Shown in pieces: positions 52,635 to 63,361 of a stretch of 64,000 nucleotides of DNA. The notes under the pieces were generated by a model. The model saw only the letters and a program-made list of their open reading frames with translations. It made no database searches and had not been told where the DNA came from. The stretch lies in contig NZ_JAUCDS010000013.1 in assembly GCF_034674885.1 (NCBI RefSeq), positions 15,334 through 79,333 of the forward strand, written 5' to 3'. The stretch comes from Castellaniella sp. (GTDB lineage: Bacteria; Pseudomonadota; Gammaproteobacteria; Burkholderiales; Burkholderiaceae_B). Both the position numbers and the translations under genes were made by a program. Numbering within the stretch: position 1 is the first letter of the stretch; every line of letters begins with the position of its first letter.

Positions 52635-53823
52635 AGGGATTCCAGCGGTCCAGGATCCTGGCTTTCCATCGGCATTCCCGCCATTCCTCATCGGCCCGGG
52701 AATCGGCAACGATACCACCGCCGACGCCGAACAGCGCCTGGCCGTCGCGCACCTCGATGGTCCGGATGGCGACGTTCAGGGAAAAATCGCCGTTGGGCGC
52801 CAGCCATCCCACGCTGCCGCAGTAGATGCCCCTGCGCCGGTTTTCCAGCGTCCGGATGGCCCGCATGGCGGCGATCTTGGGCGCGCCCGTCACTGATCCA
52901 CAGGGAAACAGGGCCTGCAGCACCCGGGATATGGGCACGTCCGGCGCTTCTGCCTGTACGGTGGACGTCAGGGTCCAGACGGACGGGTAGCCTTCCAGGC
53001 TGAAGAGCGCCGGCACGCGGACGGTGCCTGGCGTGGCGATGCGCCCGAGGTCGTTGCGCAGCAGGTCGACGATCATCAGGTTCTCGGCACGGTTCTTTTC
53101 ACTGCGCAGCAGGGTGTCGGCCGCGTGTCGATCTCGTATCGGATCAGCGTGACGGGGGGCCGTGCCCTTCATCGGGCGGGTCGTCAGAAGGCTGCCCTGG
53201 CGGGCGACGAACAGTTCGGGCGAGAGCGACAGCACCCAGCGTTCCCCGTCCTGCAGGCAGGCCGCGTGTGACACGGGGTGCCGGGCCGTGAGGTCCTGGT
53301 AGACCTGCACGGGCGACAGCCCGGTCGGCCAGTCCGGCGTCAGCGGCATGGTGTAGTTCACCTGGTAGTAGTCGCCGCGCGCGATCCCCTGGCGAATGGC
53401 GCTGATGGCCCGCGCATGTTCCGTCCGGGTCCGGCCGCAGCGCAGCCTCAGATCCAGTGCGCCGGACAGCAGGGCCGATGCGTCTCGCGCGGGCGGGGAC
53501 GCAGGGCTGTCGGGCCCCACGTTAGGGGCCCACTGGCCTTGTTCCCGTGCCTGCGCGTACACCAGGGCGGTCAGCCGGGGCAGGGCATCCGCATCCTGGC
53601 TGTACGGATCGGACAGGCCGAGGCCGTCATCCAGCCATGTCCCCAGCTCGTAATCCAGCAGCAGGGCAACCCAGCAGCCCGCCCGCCGGGCGGACTCGAT
53701 GGCGGCCCAGGCGGCGGGCAGGTCGGATCGCCGGTGGACTGCGATCCTGCCCGCTGGGTCATCCAGCTGCAGCGACCAGCCGCTCAGGCGGTTTTCGAAC
53801 AGACAGCCGGATGGTGGATTCAT
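52603..53823 (-). CDS. pabB: Aminodeoxychorismate synthase component I
   Basis: YYQVNYT, SLSPELF, PMKGT, KNRAENLMIVDLLRND, PCGSVTGAPK, NVAIRT, GGGIV. Confidence 0.88.
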   Translation of the reverse strand: MNPPSGCLFENRLSGWSLQLDDPAGRIAVHRRSDLPAAWAAIESARRAGCWVALLLDYELGTWLDDGLGLSDPYSQDADALPRLTALVYAQAREQGQWAPNVGPDSPASPPARDASALLSGALDLRLRCGRTRTEHARAISAIRQGIARGDYYQVNYTMPLTPDWPTGLSPVQVYQDLTARHPVSHAACLQDGERWVLSLSPELFVARQGSLLTTRPMKGTAPRHADPIRDRHAADTLLRSEKNRAENLMIVDLLRNDLGRIATPGTVRVPALFSLEGYPSVWTLTSTVQAEAPDVPISRVLQALFPCGSVTGAPKIAAMRAIRTLENRRRGIYCGSVGWLAPNGDFSLNVAIRTIEVRDGQALFGVGGGIVADSRADEEWRECRWKARILDRWNPYDDDTRPRPD

Positions 53824-56800
53824 GCCGTGGCCGGAGCGCGCTGCAGAAATTCCGCCAGGATGCGACCCGTATGGGTCGGAGTCGCGCACAGCTGTTCCGG
53901 GCTGCCCTGGGCCACGACTTGGCCGCCCTGGTCGCCGCCTTCCGGCCCCAGGTCGATGATCCAGTCGGCTTCGGCCATGACATCCAGGTTGTGTTCGATG
54001 ACCACGACCGTGTGGCCTGCATTGACCAGCCGATGCAGCACGCCGATCAGCTTTTCCACATCGGCGGTCGACAGCCCGACCGTGGGCTCGTCCAGCACGT
54101 ACAGGGTGTGGGGCGCGCGGGATGCCCGCCCGGTACGCAGCACGCCTTCGTCCAGATGAGCCTTGGTCAGTTCCGTGACCAGCTTGATGCGCTGGGCCTC
54201 GCCGCCCGACAGGGTGGGGGAGGGCTGGCCCAGGGTCAGATAGCCCAGGCCGACGTCCTGCATCAGCTGCAGGGCGCGGGCGATCTTGCGGTGCGCGGCG
54301 AAATGGCCGATGGCGTCATCGACTTCCATGCGCAGCACGTCGCCGGCGCTGCGCCCGTTCCAGGCCACGCCCAGGGTTTCCTGGTTGAAGCGCGCTCCGT
54401 GGCAGGCTTCGCAAGGCACCTTGACGTCCGGCAGGAAGCTCATTTCGATGGTGCGCATGCCCTGGCCTTCGCATTCCGGGCAGCGGCCATCGCCGGTATT
54501 GAAGGAAAAGCGCGATCCCGTCCAGCCGCGCAGGCGCGATTCGCGCGTGCTGGCGTAGAGCTTGCGGATGTCGTCCCAGAAACCGACGTAGGTGGCCGGG
54601 CAGGACCGGGGGGTCTTGCCGATGGGCGTCTGGTCGACTTCCAGCACCCGGTCCACGGCCTCCCAGCCGCGAATGTCGCGGCAGCCCTGCCAGGGAACGG
54701 ACAGGCGGCTGTTGATCCGGCGGCTGAGGTTGTCCAGCAGCACTTCGCGGGCCAGGGTGGACTTTCCCGACCCCGAAACCCCGGTCACGACGGTCAGGCG
54801 TCCCAAGGGGATGCGGGCCCGGGCCTGGCGCAGATTGTGCAGGTTGGCGTCGACGACCTCGATGGCCGGTGTCTGCGCGTCCACGGCTCGACGGCCGTTC
54901 ATGGGATGGCGCAGTGGTTCGCGCAGGTAGCGACCGGTCAGCGACGCCGGATGGCGTGCGATGTCGGCCACTGTGCCCTGGGCGACCACCATGCCGCCGC
55001 GCGTCCCGGCCCCCGGGCCGATGTCGATCACGTGTTCGGCGCGGCGGATGGTGTCTTCATCGTGTTCGACGACCACCAGGGTATTGCCGTTGCCTTCCAG
55101 GCGGCTCAGGGCGTCCAGCAGGATGCGGTTGTCACGCGGGTGCAGACCGATGGTGGGCTCGTCCAGCACGTAGCACACACCCTGCAGGTTCGAACCCAGC
55201 TGCGCGGCCAGGCGTATGCGCTGGGCTTCGCCGCCCGACAACGTGGGGGCGGCACGGTCCAGGGCCAGGTAGCCCAGCCCCACGTCCATCATGAAGTCCA
55301 GGCGGCCACGAATTTCCGTCAGGACGTCGCGGGCGATCTCGGCCTCGCGTCCCTGTGTGCCCAGGCCCAGGAAGAAACGCTGGGCGTCGCTGACGGGCAG
55401 GGCAGCCAGCTCGGCGATGGAACGCTCATGCCAGCGGAAGGCCAGGGCTACGCGGTTGAGCCGCTGGCCGTGGCATTGGGGGCAGACCGACAGGGCGTCC
55501 TCCGGGTTGCCTTCCAGCCAGTTGGATTCCTCGCCGGTCTGTTCTTCCGTGAAGCCTGCCAGGGACAACCCCGTGCCGAAGCATCCTGGGCACCAGCCGT
55601 GGCGCGAGTTGTAGGAGAACAGGCGTGGATCGGGTTCGGGGAAGCTGGTGCCACAGCTTGGGCAGGCCCGCTTGATGGAAAAGGTCAGCAACAGCGGGTC
55701 GGGGGCCAGGCCTGCCCCTCGGCGGCCCTCGATCGTGGCGGGACCTGCCGTCGTCAGTCCGGTCAGGACACGGAAGCTGCCATGGCCCAGCGCCAGCGCC
55801 GCGCGCACGGCGTCTCGCAGCCCGGCCTCGTCGCGGACGTCCACGATCAGGTCGCGTACCGGCAGTTCGATCGTGTGTTCCTGGTAGCGATCCAGGCGCG
55901 GCCAGGGGGCGACCGGGATGAAGGCGCCGTCCACGCGCAGATGGGTGTGGCCGTGCGAGGCTGCCCATTTGGCCAGGTCTGTGTAATAGCCTTTGCGGGC
56001 CACGACCAGCGGGGCCAGCAGCCCGATATGGTCGCCCGCATGATCACGCAGCAGCTGGGCGACGATCTGTTCCGGTGTCTGGGGCGCGACCGGCACGTGG
56101 CAATCCGGGCACATCTGCGTGCCCAGGCGGACGTACAACAGACGCAGGAAGTGGTGGATTTCCGTCATGGTCGCCACGGTGGACTTGCGCCCTCCCCGGC
56201 TGGTGCGCTGCTCGATGGCCACGGTCGGCGGTATGCCGTAGATGGCGTCCACGTCGGGCTTGCCGGCCGGCTGCACGATGGCGCGGGCATAGGCGTTCAG
56301 GGATTCCAGATAGCGGCGTTGTCCTTCGTTGAACAGGATGTCGAAGGCCAGCGTGGATTTTCCCGACCCTGACACTCCTGTGATGACGGTGAAGGCATTG
56401 CGCGGAATGTGGACTTCGATGCCCTTCAGGTTGTGCTCGCGGGCGTTGACGATGTGAATGTCGGCGCTGGCGGAGGCAAGCGGTGGCCGGGGCGCGGGTT
56501 CCCGCAGCATCAGCGCCGGGCTGCCACAGTTCTGTACCACCTCGCGGCCTGCATGCCGCTCGGATTCGTCAGGCACAGGGCAGTCCGCAAGGACTGCCCT
56601 GTGTTCGTACTCATCCAGGGCCTGGCCGGTATGGGATCCGGCGTGTTGCATCAGTTGTTCGGGCGAACCCTGCGCCATGATGCGCCCACCCTGGTCGCCG
56701 CCTTCCGGCCCCAGGTCGATGATCCAGTCCGCTGCGCGGATCACGTCCAGATTGTGCTCGATGATCAGCAGCGAATGCCCGGCGGCCAGCAGCTTGCGAA

Positions 56801-59570
56801 AGGCCCGCATCAGCCGGGCGATGTCATCGAAGTGCAGGCCGGTCGTTGGTTCGTCGAACAGCAGCAGGCTACCCTTGAGCATGCCCTGTGGCGCGCGGGA
56901 TTTGGCTGCCTGGGCCAGGTGCCCGGCCAGTTTCAGGCGCTGGGCTTCGCCCCCGGACAGCGTGGGCACCGGCTGGCCCAGGCGCACGTATTCCAGGCCG
57001 ACGTCGGCCAGTGGCGCCAGTCCCCACTGCACGTCGCGCAGGCCCTTGAAGAATTCCAGGGCCTCGCTGATCGTCATGTCCAGGACTTCGTTGATGGATG
57101 CGGTGCGGCCCAGGTGCTCGATGCGCACTTCCAGGATCTGGGGGCGGAAGCGGTGGCCATTGCAGTCGGGGCAGCGCAGGTAGACGTCCGACAGGAACTG
57201 CATTTCCACGTGTTCGAAGCCGGTGCCGCCGCAGCCCGGGCAGCGTCCGTCGCCGGTATTGAAGCTGAAGGTGCCGGCGGTGTAGCCGCGTTCCTGAGAC
57301 AGGGGGGCTGCCGCAAACAGCTTGCGGATGGCGTCGAAGGCGCCGACGTAGCTGGCCGGATTGGAGCGCGCCGTCTTGCCGATCGGGGTCTGGTCCACCA
57401 GGACGACGTCGGCGATCTGCTCGGCGCCCAGCAGGGCGTCGTGTTCGCCGGGGGCCTCGGTCGGTCGGCCCATGCGTTTCAGCAGGGCCGGGTACAGCAC
57501 GTCCTGCACCAGCGTGGACTTGCCGGACCCCGATACCCCGGTCAGACATACCAGCCGCCCCAGGGGCAGGGAAAAATCGATGTTCTTCAGATTGTTGGCC
57601 CGCACCCCCTGCAGCAGCAGGCGCGGGGTTTTTTCCGCTACAGGCATGGGGCGCGGGGCTTCGATGCGCTCGCGGCCGCCGAAATAGCGGCCGGTCAGCG
57701 TGTCGGCCGCCGCCAACTGCGCCGGGGTGCCGTCGAAGACGATGTGGCCGCCACGTTCGCCGGGGCCGGGGCCGATGTCCAGAATGCGGTCTGCCGCCAC
57801 CATGACCTGCGGGTCGTGTTCCACCACGACCAGAGTGTTGCCGTGGTTGCGCAGCCGCTGCATGACCTGCACGATGCGGTGGATGTCACGGGGATGCAGT
57901 CCGATGGACGGTTCGTCCAGCACGAACAGTGTATTGACCAGGGAGGTGCCCAGAGCCGTGGTCAGGTTGATGCGCTGGACTTCGCCGCCCGACAGGGTGC
58001 GGCTCTGCCGGTCCAGCGACAGGTAGCCCAGGCCCACGTCGCACAGAAAGCGCAGCCGGGTGCGGACTTCGTCCAGCAGTTCGGTCAGCGCTCCGTCCAG
58101 CGCCTGTCCCAGTTCGATGCTTTCGAACCAGTCGCGCACGCGTTCGATGGGCAGGCGCATCAGGTCGTGCAGGCCCAGGCCGGGCAGACCGGCCAGCTGC
58201 GCATCCGTCCAGCGGGCGTGCGCGGGCTTGAAGCGCGGGTAGCCGGCGATGGCGCCTGTGTCCCGGCCCAGGCGCCACAGGGTTGCGTCGGCCTTCAGGC
58301 GGGCGCCCAGGCAAACGGGGCAGGGCGTGTAGCTGCGGTATTTGGACAGCAGTACGCGCACGTGCATCCGGTAGGCCTTGGTTTCCAGCCAGTCGAAGAA
58401 GCGCTGGATCCCGTACCACTGGTGTTTCCAGGCCGAGGGCCCGCCCTTCCAGTCGGGAGTGCCGTGGATCACCCAGGATTTTTCCGCCGCCGTCAGGTCG
58501 CGCCAGGGCGTGTCGAGGCGGATGCCGATCTTGCCGGCGTAGTGTTCCATCTCCTGCTGGCATTCCTTGTAGCTGGCGGTCTGCCAGGGCTTGACCGCGC
58601 CGTCGCGCAGGGTGCGTGTCTCGTCGGGGACGACCAGGCCGTAGTCGATGCCCATGACCCGGCCAAAGCCCTTGCAGGCCTCGCAGGCGCCCAGGGGCGA
58701 ATTGAACGAGAAGGTGCTGGGCAGCGGGGTGCTGTATTCGATGTCGCACTGGGCGCAGTGCAGCCCGGCGCTGAAGCGCCAGGCTTCTTCGTGGTCGTCG
58801 AACAGGGCGTGGACGGTCATCCGGCCATTGCCCTGGCGCAGGGCGGTTTCCAGAGCCTCGTCGACCCGGGCGGCCTCGGCATTGCCCAGGCGGAAACGAT
58901 CCTGGATGACGTGCAGGCGACGGGAAGGGGCTGTCGTCTTGCTCTTGGCCTTAGCCGTCTTCGCGGCGGCTGCGGCGGCGACTGGAACCTGCGCCTGGCT
59001 GTCGGCAGCAGCGCCTGCCGCCGGTTCGTGCACGCGCGTGTAGCCCTGCTGCTCCAGGAAGCCGCGCACCTCGTCTTCGGTGAAGTTGCCCGGCACCGTG
59101 ACGGGAAAGGTGACGACCAGGCGCGGGTCGGAGGCGGCGCACAAGGCATCCAGTTGCTGCCGGATGCTGGTGGGGTTGTCGCGCATGACGGGGCGGGCGC
59201 AGCCAGCGCAGTGCAGGTGGCCTGCGCGCGCGTACAGCAGCTTCAGGTGATCGTTCAGTTCCGTCATGGTGCCCACGGTGCTGCGCGAATTGCGCACCGG
59301 GTTCACTTGGTCGATGGCGATGGCCGGGAGGATGCCCTCGATGCGGTCCACCTGGGGCTTGTCCATGCGGTCCAGGAACTGGCGGGCGTAGGGCGAAAAG
59401 GTTTCCACATAGCGGCGCTGGCCTTCCGCGTACAGGGTGTCGAAGGCCAACGAGGATTTGCCCGAGCCGGAGACGCCGGTCACCACCAGCAGTTCGCCGG
59501 TGCGGACGGTGACGTCCAGGTTCTTCAGGTTGTTCTGGCGGGCGCCGAAAATGCGGATGGGTGCGTTCAT
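53820..59570 (-). CDS. uvrA: Double-length UvrA-family excinuclease ABC subunit A (1916 aa)
   Basis: Four GVSGSGKS Walker A motifs, four LSGGE signatures, four DEP Walker B motifs, multiple CxxC zinc fingers. Confidence 0.92.
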   Translation of the reverse strand: MNAPIRIFGARQNNLKNLDVTVRTGELLVVTGVSGSGKSSLAFDTLYAEGQRRYVETFSPYARQFLDRMDKPQVDRIEGILPAIAIDQVNPVRNSRSTVGTMTELNDHLKLLYARAGHLHCAGCARPVMRDNPTSIRQQLDALCAASDPRLVVTFPVTVPGNFTEDEVRGFLEQQGYTRVHEPAAGAAADSQAQVPVAAAAAAKTAKAKSKTTAPSRRLHVIQDRFRLGNAEAARVDEALETALRQGNGRMTVHALFDDHEEAWRFSAGLHCAQCDIEYSTPLPSTFSFNSPLGACEACKGFGRVMGIDYGLVVPDETRTLRDGAVKPWQTASYKECQQEMEHYAGKIGIRLDTPWRDLTAAEKSWVIHGTPDWKGGPSAWKHQWYGIQRFFDWLETKAYRMHVRVLLSKYRSYTPCPVCLGARLKADATLWRLGRDTGAIAGYPRFKPAHARWTDAQLAGLPGLGLHDLMRLPIERVRDWFESIELGQALDGALTELLDEVRTRLRFLCDVGLGYLSLDRQSRTLSGGEVQRINLTTALGTSLVNTLFVLDEPSIGLHPRDIHRIVQVMQRLRNHGNTLVVVEHDPQVMVAADRILDIGPGPGERGGHIVFDGTPAQLAAADTLTGRYFGGRERIEAPRPMPVAEKTPRLLLQGVRANNLKNIDFSLPLGRLVCLTGVSGSGKSTLVQDVLYPALLKRMGRPTEAPGEHDALLGAEQIADVVLVDQTPIGKTARSNPASYVGAFDAIRKLFAAAPLSQERGYTAGTFSFNTGDGRCPGCGGTGFEHVEMQFLSDVYLRCPDCNGHRFRPQILEVRIEHLGRTASINEVLDMTISEALEFFKGLRDVQWGLAPLADVGLEYVRLGQPVPTLSGGEAQRLKLAGHLAQAAKSRAPQGMLKGSLLLFDEPTTGLHFDDIARLMRAFRKLLAAGHSLLIIEHNLDVIRAADWIIDLGPEGGDQGGRIMAQGSPEQLMQHAGSHTGQALDEYEHRAVLADCPVPDESERHAGREVVQNCGSPALMLREPAPRPPLASASADIHIVNAREHNLKGIEVHIPRNAFTVITGVSGSGKSTLAFDILFNEGQRRYLESLNAYARAIVQPAGKPDVDAIYGIPPTVAIEQRTSRGGRKSTVATMTEIHHFLRLLYVRLGTQMCPDCHVPVAPQTPEQIVAQLLRDHAGDHIGLLAPLVVARKGYYTDLAKWAASHGHTHLRVDGAFIPVAPWPRLDRYQEHTIELPVRDLIVDVRDEAGLRDAVRAALALGHGSFRVLTGLTTAGPATIEGRRGAGLAPDPLLLTFSIKRACPSCGTSFPEPDPRLFSYNSRHGWCPGCFGTGLSLAGFTEEQTGEESNWLEGNPEDALSVCPQCHGQRLNRVALAFRWHERSIAELAALPVSDAQRFFLGLGTQGREAEIARDVLTEIRGRLDFMMDVGLGYLALDRAAPTLSGGEAQRIRLAAQLGSNLQGVCYVLDEPTIGLHPRDNRILLDALSRLEGNGNTLVVVEHDEDTIRRAEHVIDIGPGAGTRGGMVVAQGTVADIARHPASLTGRYLREPLRHPMNGRRAVDAQTPAIEVVDANLHNLRQARARIPLGRLTVVTGVSGSGKSTLAREVLLDNLSRRINSRLSVPWQGCRDIRGWEAVDRVLEVDQTPIGKTPRSCPATYVGFWDDIRKLYASTRESRLRGWTGSRFSFNTGDGRCPECEGQGMRTIEMSFLPDVKVPCEACHGARFNQETLGVAWNGRSAGDVLRMEVDDAIGHFAAHRKIARALQLMQDVGLGYLTLGQPSPTLSGGEAQRIKLVTELTKAHLDEGVLRTGRASRAPHTLYVLDEPTVGLSTADVEKLIGVLHRLVNAGHTVVVIEHNLDVMAEADWIIDLGPEGGDQGGQVVAQGSPEQLCATPTHTGRILAEFLQRAPATA

Positions 59571-59740
59571 GGCGCCATCATAATCCGCGCGTGTGCCGGA
59601 TGGTGGCAGCAGCCCGGCACGGCCCGAGGGGTATTGCGGACAGTGCGGCGCGCTGTCGCTTCCGGCAACAGATCGGATGCATGTGTTACCAGACCCGCCC
59701 GGACGCCAGGGCCCGCTGCAGGGCCAGAAGAAGGGAACTT

Positions 59741-59749
59741 TGCTAAAAT
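59741..59749 (+). promoter_or_regulatory. Extended -10 promoter for the small ORF
   Basis: TG-c-TAAAAT, 45 bp before the ATG. Confidence 0.5.
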
Positions 59750-59794
59750 AGCGTGTTTTGCATTCAAGCCCGCCCCCATACCCAGGAGATTCTC

Positions 59795-59923
59795 ATGGCA
59801 GAAATCAAACGCACGCGGCGCAACACGCTCGAGCGCCGTTGCCTTGGCAAAGCGTTCAAGCGTCTATTCGTGCGCGCCCCCAAAGGCGTCTTCAAGATGC
59901 TGGAAAAGGTCAAGCGCGTCTGA
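59795..59923 (+). CDS. 42-aa highly basic small protein (absent from the ORF track)
   Basis: MAEIKRTRRNTLERRCLGKAFKRLFVRAPKGVFKMLEKVKRV*; CAGGAG RBS 6 nt upstream; promoter and terminator flank it. Confidence 0.75.
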   Translation: MAEIKRTRRNTLERRCLGKAFKRLFVRAPKGVFKMLEKVKRV

Positions 59924-59970
59924 TCCGCGCCAGACCTGCCGTATTGTTTGCATACAATTCGGCATCGGGG

Positions 59971-60004
59971 AAACCACGGACACCGTCGTCCGTGGTTTTT
60001 TTTT
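59971..60004 (+). terminator. Intrinsic terminator after the small ORF
   Basis: AAACCACGGAC-accgtc-GTCCGTGGTTT followed by a T-run. Confidence 0.82.
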
Positions 60005-60046
60005 GCCGCTATCATGAAGCCCTGAGGACAGGAGGAGTTCACCGGC

Positions 60047-61012
60047 ATGGCTTGCTGGCGTCATTTGTTTTCTGTCGTCACCCCCACATTCAATCGGGCG
60101 CACACACTGGAACGTGTCTACCGGTCTTTGCAGGAACAGTCATTCCAGGACTTTGAATGGGTGGTGGTGGACGACGGGTCGACCGACCATACCCGCACGC
60201 TGGTGCAGGGGTGGCAAGAAGAAGCCAGCTTTCCGATCCGTTACATCTGGCAATCCAATCAACACAAGAAAACAGCCTTCAACAATGGCGTGCGCCAGGC
60301 TCGGGGTGAATGGCTGGTCGCCATCGACAGCGATGACGAACTCGATCCCAATGCGCTGTATCAGATGGCCCAGGTCTGGGACCAGGTGCCGCCGGCCCTG
60401 CGCGGCCGCTATGTGGCGATCACAGGCCTGTGCGCCCGGCCCGACGGCCAGGTCGTGGGGGACATGTATCCCGATGACGTCATGGACGTCACTTCGCTGG
60501 ACATGACATTCCGCTACCACGTGCGCGGTGAAAAATTCGGCTGTCTGCGCACGGATGTGCTGCGGCAGTTTCCTTTTCCGGAAGACATCCCGGGCTTTGT
60601 GCCCGAAAGCCTGGTGTGGCGGTCCATCGCCCGCGCCGGCTACCTGACGCGTTTCGTCAATCAGGTGTTCCGGGTCTATCACGACAGCAATGACGGCCTG
60701 TCCCGTCGGCAGCCGGCTGCCGACAGCAGCCGGCATGCACTGGGGTTGTGGCTGCTGTCCTATGACACGGTGGAATGCTGTCTGCCGTGGCTGCGCTACC
60801 AGCCGTCGTCGTTTTTGGCGGCGGCCGTGCGGTATACACGGTTTGCCCTGCATTTGCGCGCCCGCCGGGTGGCCCGGCCTCAGGGGCGGCGCCTGACCCA
60901 TCCGCTGTCCCGGCTACTGGTGGTGGCGATGTGGCCGGCGGGCGCGGTCCTGTACGTGCGGGATCGCGTGCGCGAAGCCGCCGCCCGCAGCAAGCATTCC
61001 GTCGCCGCCTGA
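60047..61012 (+). CDS. Family 2 glycosyltransferase
   Basis: VVTPTFNRA, VVDDGSTD, DSDD; AGGAGGAG RBS. Confidence 0.88.
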   Translation: MACWRHLFSVVTPTFNRAHTLERVYRSLQEQSFQDFEWVVVDDGSTDHTRTLVQGWQEEASFPIRYIWQSNQHKKTAFNNGVRQARGEWLVAIDSDDELDPNALYQMAQVWDQVPPALRGRYVAITGLCARPDGQVVGDMYPDDVMDVTSLDMTFRYHVRGEKFGCLRTDVLRQFPFPEDIPGFVPESLVWRSIARAGYLTRFVNQVFRVYHDSNDGLSRRQPAADSSRHALGLWLLSYDTVECCLPWLRYQPSSFLAAAVRYTRFALHLRARRVARPQGRRLTHPLSRLLVVAMWPAGAVLYVRDRVREAAARSKHSVAA

Positions 61013-61042
61013 CCTGCGGGCGTCAGGGCGTCTGTGGGCGCA

Positions 61043-61519
61043 TCAGTGCAGGGTGCGCCCTGCGTCGGGAATATCGTCGTCGTCATCGGGTTCATCGATG
61101 TCGGCGGTATCGTCCTCGTCGTCGGGCAGTTCGGTTTCCGTCAGTTCGAAGGGCAGCAGTTCGGACAGGGTGTCCGACCAGCCGGCTTCCTCGCCTTGGC
61201 CGTCGACCTTGATGTAGCGGCAGCCTTCGAGTTCGGACAGCTGGATGGCCCACAGGAATTCGCAGTCGATGGGCTGGCCGTCGCTGAGATCCAGCCCCCC
61301 GCCGTTGCCCAGGAAGCGGGCGCCGGGGCCGCCGGCCTGGACGTGCTGGCGGCCGTCGGTTTCTTCGCCCGGGCTCAGGGGCAGGGCGAACAGTGCCCAT
61401 TCGAAGCCTTCTTCGGGCTCTGTGACGATTTCGGCAATGACGGGCTTGCCCATGTAGGCGCACAGGGCATCGGCCGTGCGGCCCAGCAGATCGGCCTCGG
61501 CAGCGGTGAAGGTCAGCAT
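61043..61519 (-). CDS. Hypothetical acidic protein (158 aa)
   Basis: Fills the gap between GT2 and ettA with normal codon pattern; TACAAT -10 at 61557-61562 on the minus strand; Asp/Glu-rich tail ending RTLH. Confidence 0.72.
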   Translation of the reverse strand: MLTFTAAEADLLGRTADALCAYMGKPVIAEIVTEPEEGFEWALFALPLSPGEETDGRQHVQAGGPGARFLGNGGGLDLSDGQPIDCEFLWAIQLSELEGCRYIKVDGQGEEAGWSDTLSELLPFELTETELPDDEDDTADIDEPDDDDDIPDAGRTLH

Positions 61520-61630
61520 GGTGGTGTCCGGGAATTCAGAAAGTCGCTCTTCGCCCATTGTACGTTCCCCGGCCTACAATCGACCCTTTGTGCGGCCGAA
61601 TTCCTCGGCCCGAGCTTTGACGGTGACGCC

Positions 61631-63304
<1,674 letters not shown>

Positions 63305-63361
63305 TTCGATTGGCTGGCTGCCCGTCCTGGCAGCCGGCAGTCAGGATCACAGGAGCGCGTC

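Noticed and set aside
59734-59767. GGAACTT as a sigma-E -35 element
   Set aside because: No TCAA-type -10 at the required 16-17 bp spacing.
56409-60017. 1202-aa plus-strand ORF, and the 941-aa ORF at 53547-56372
   Set aside because: Antisense to uvrA, no recognisable motifs; explained by codon bias.
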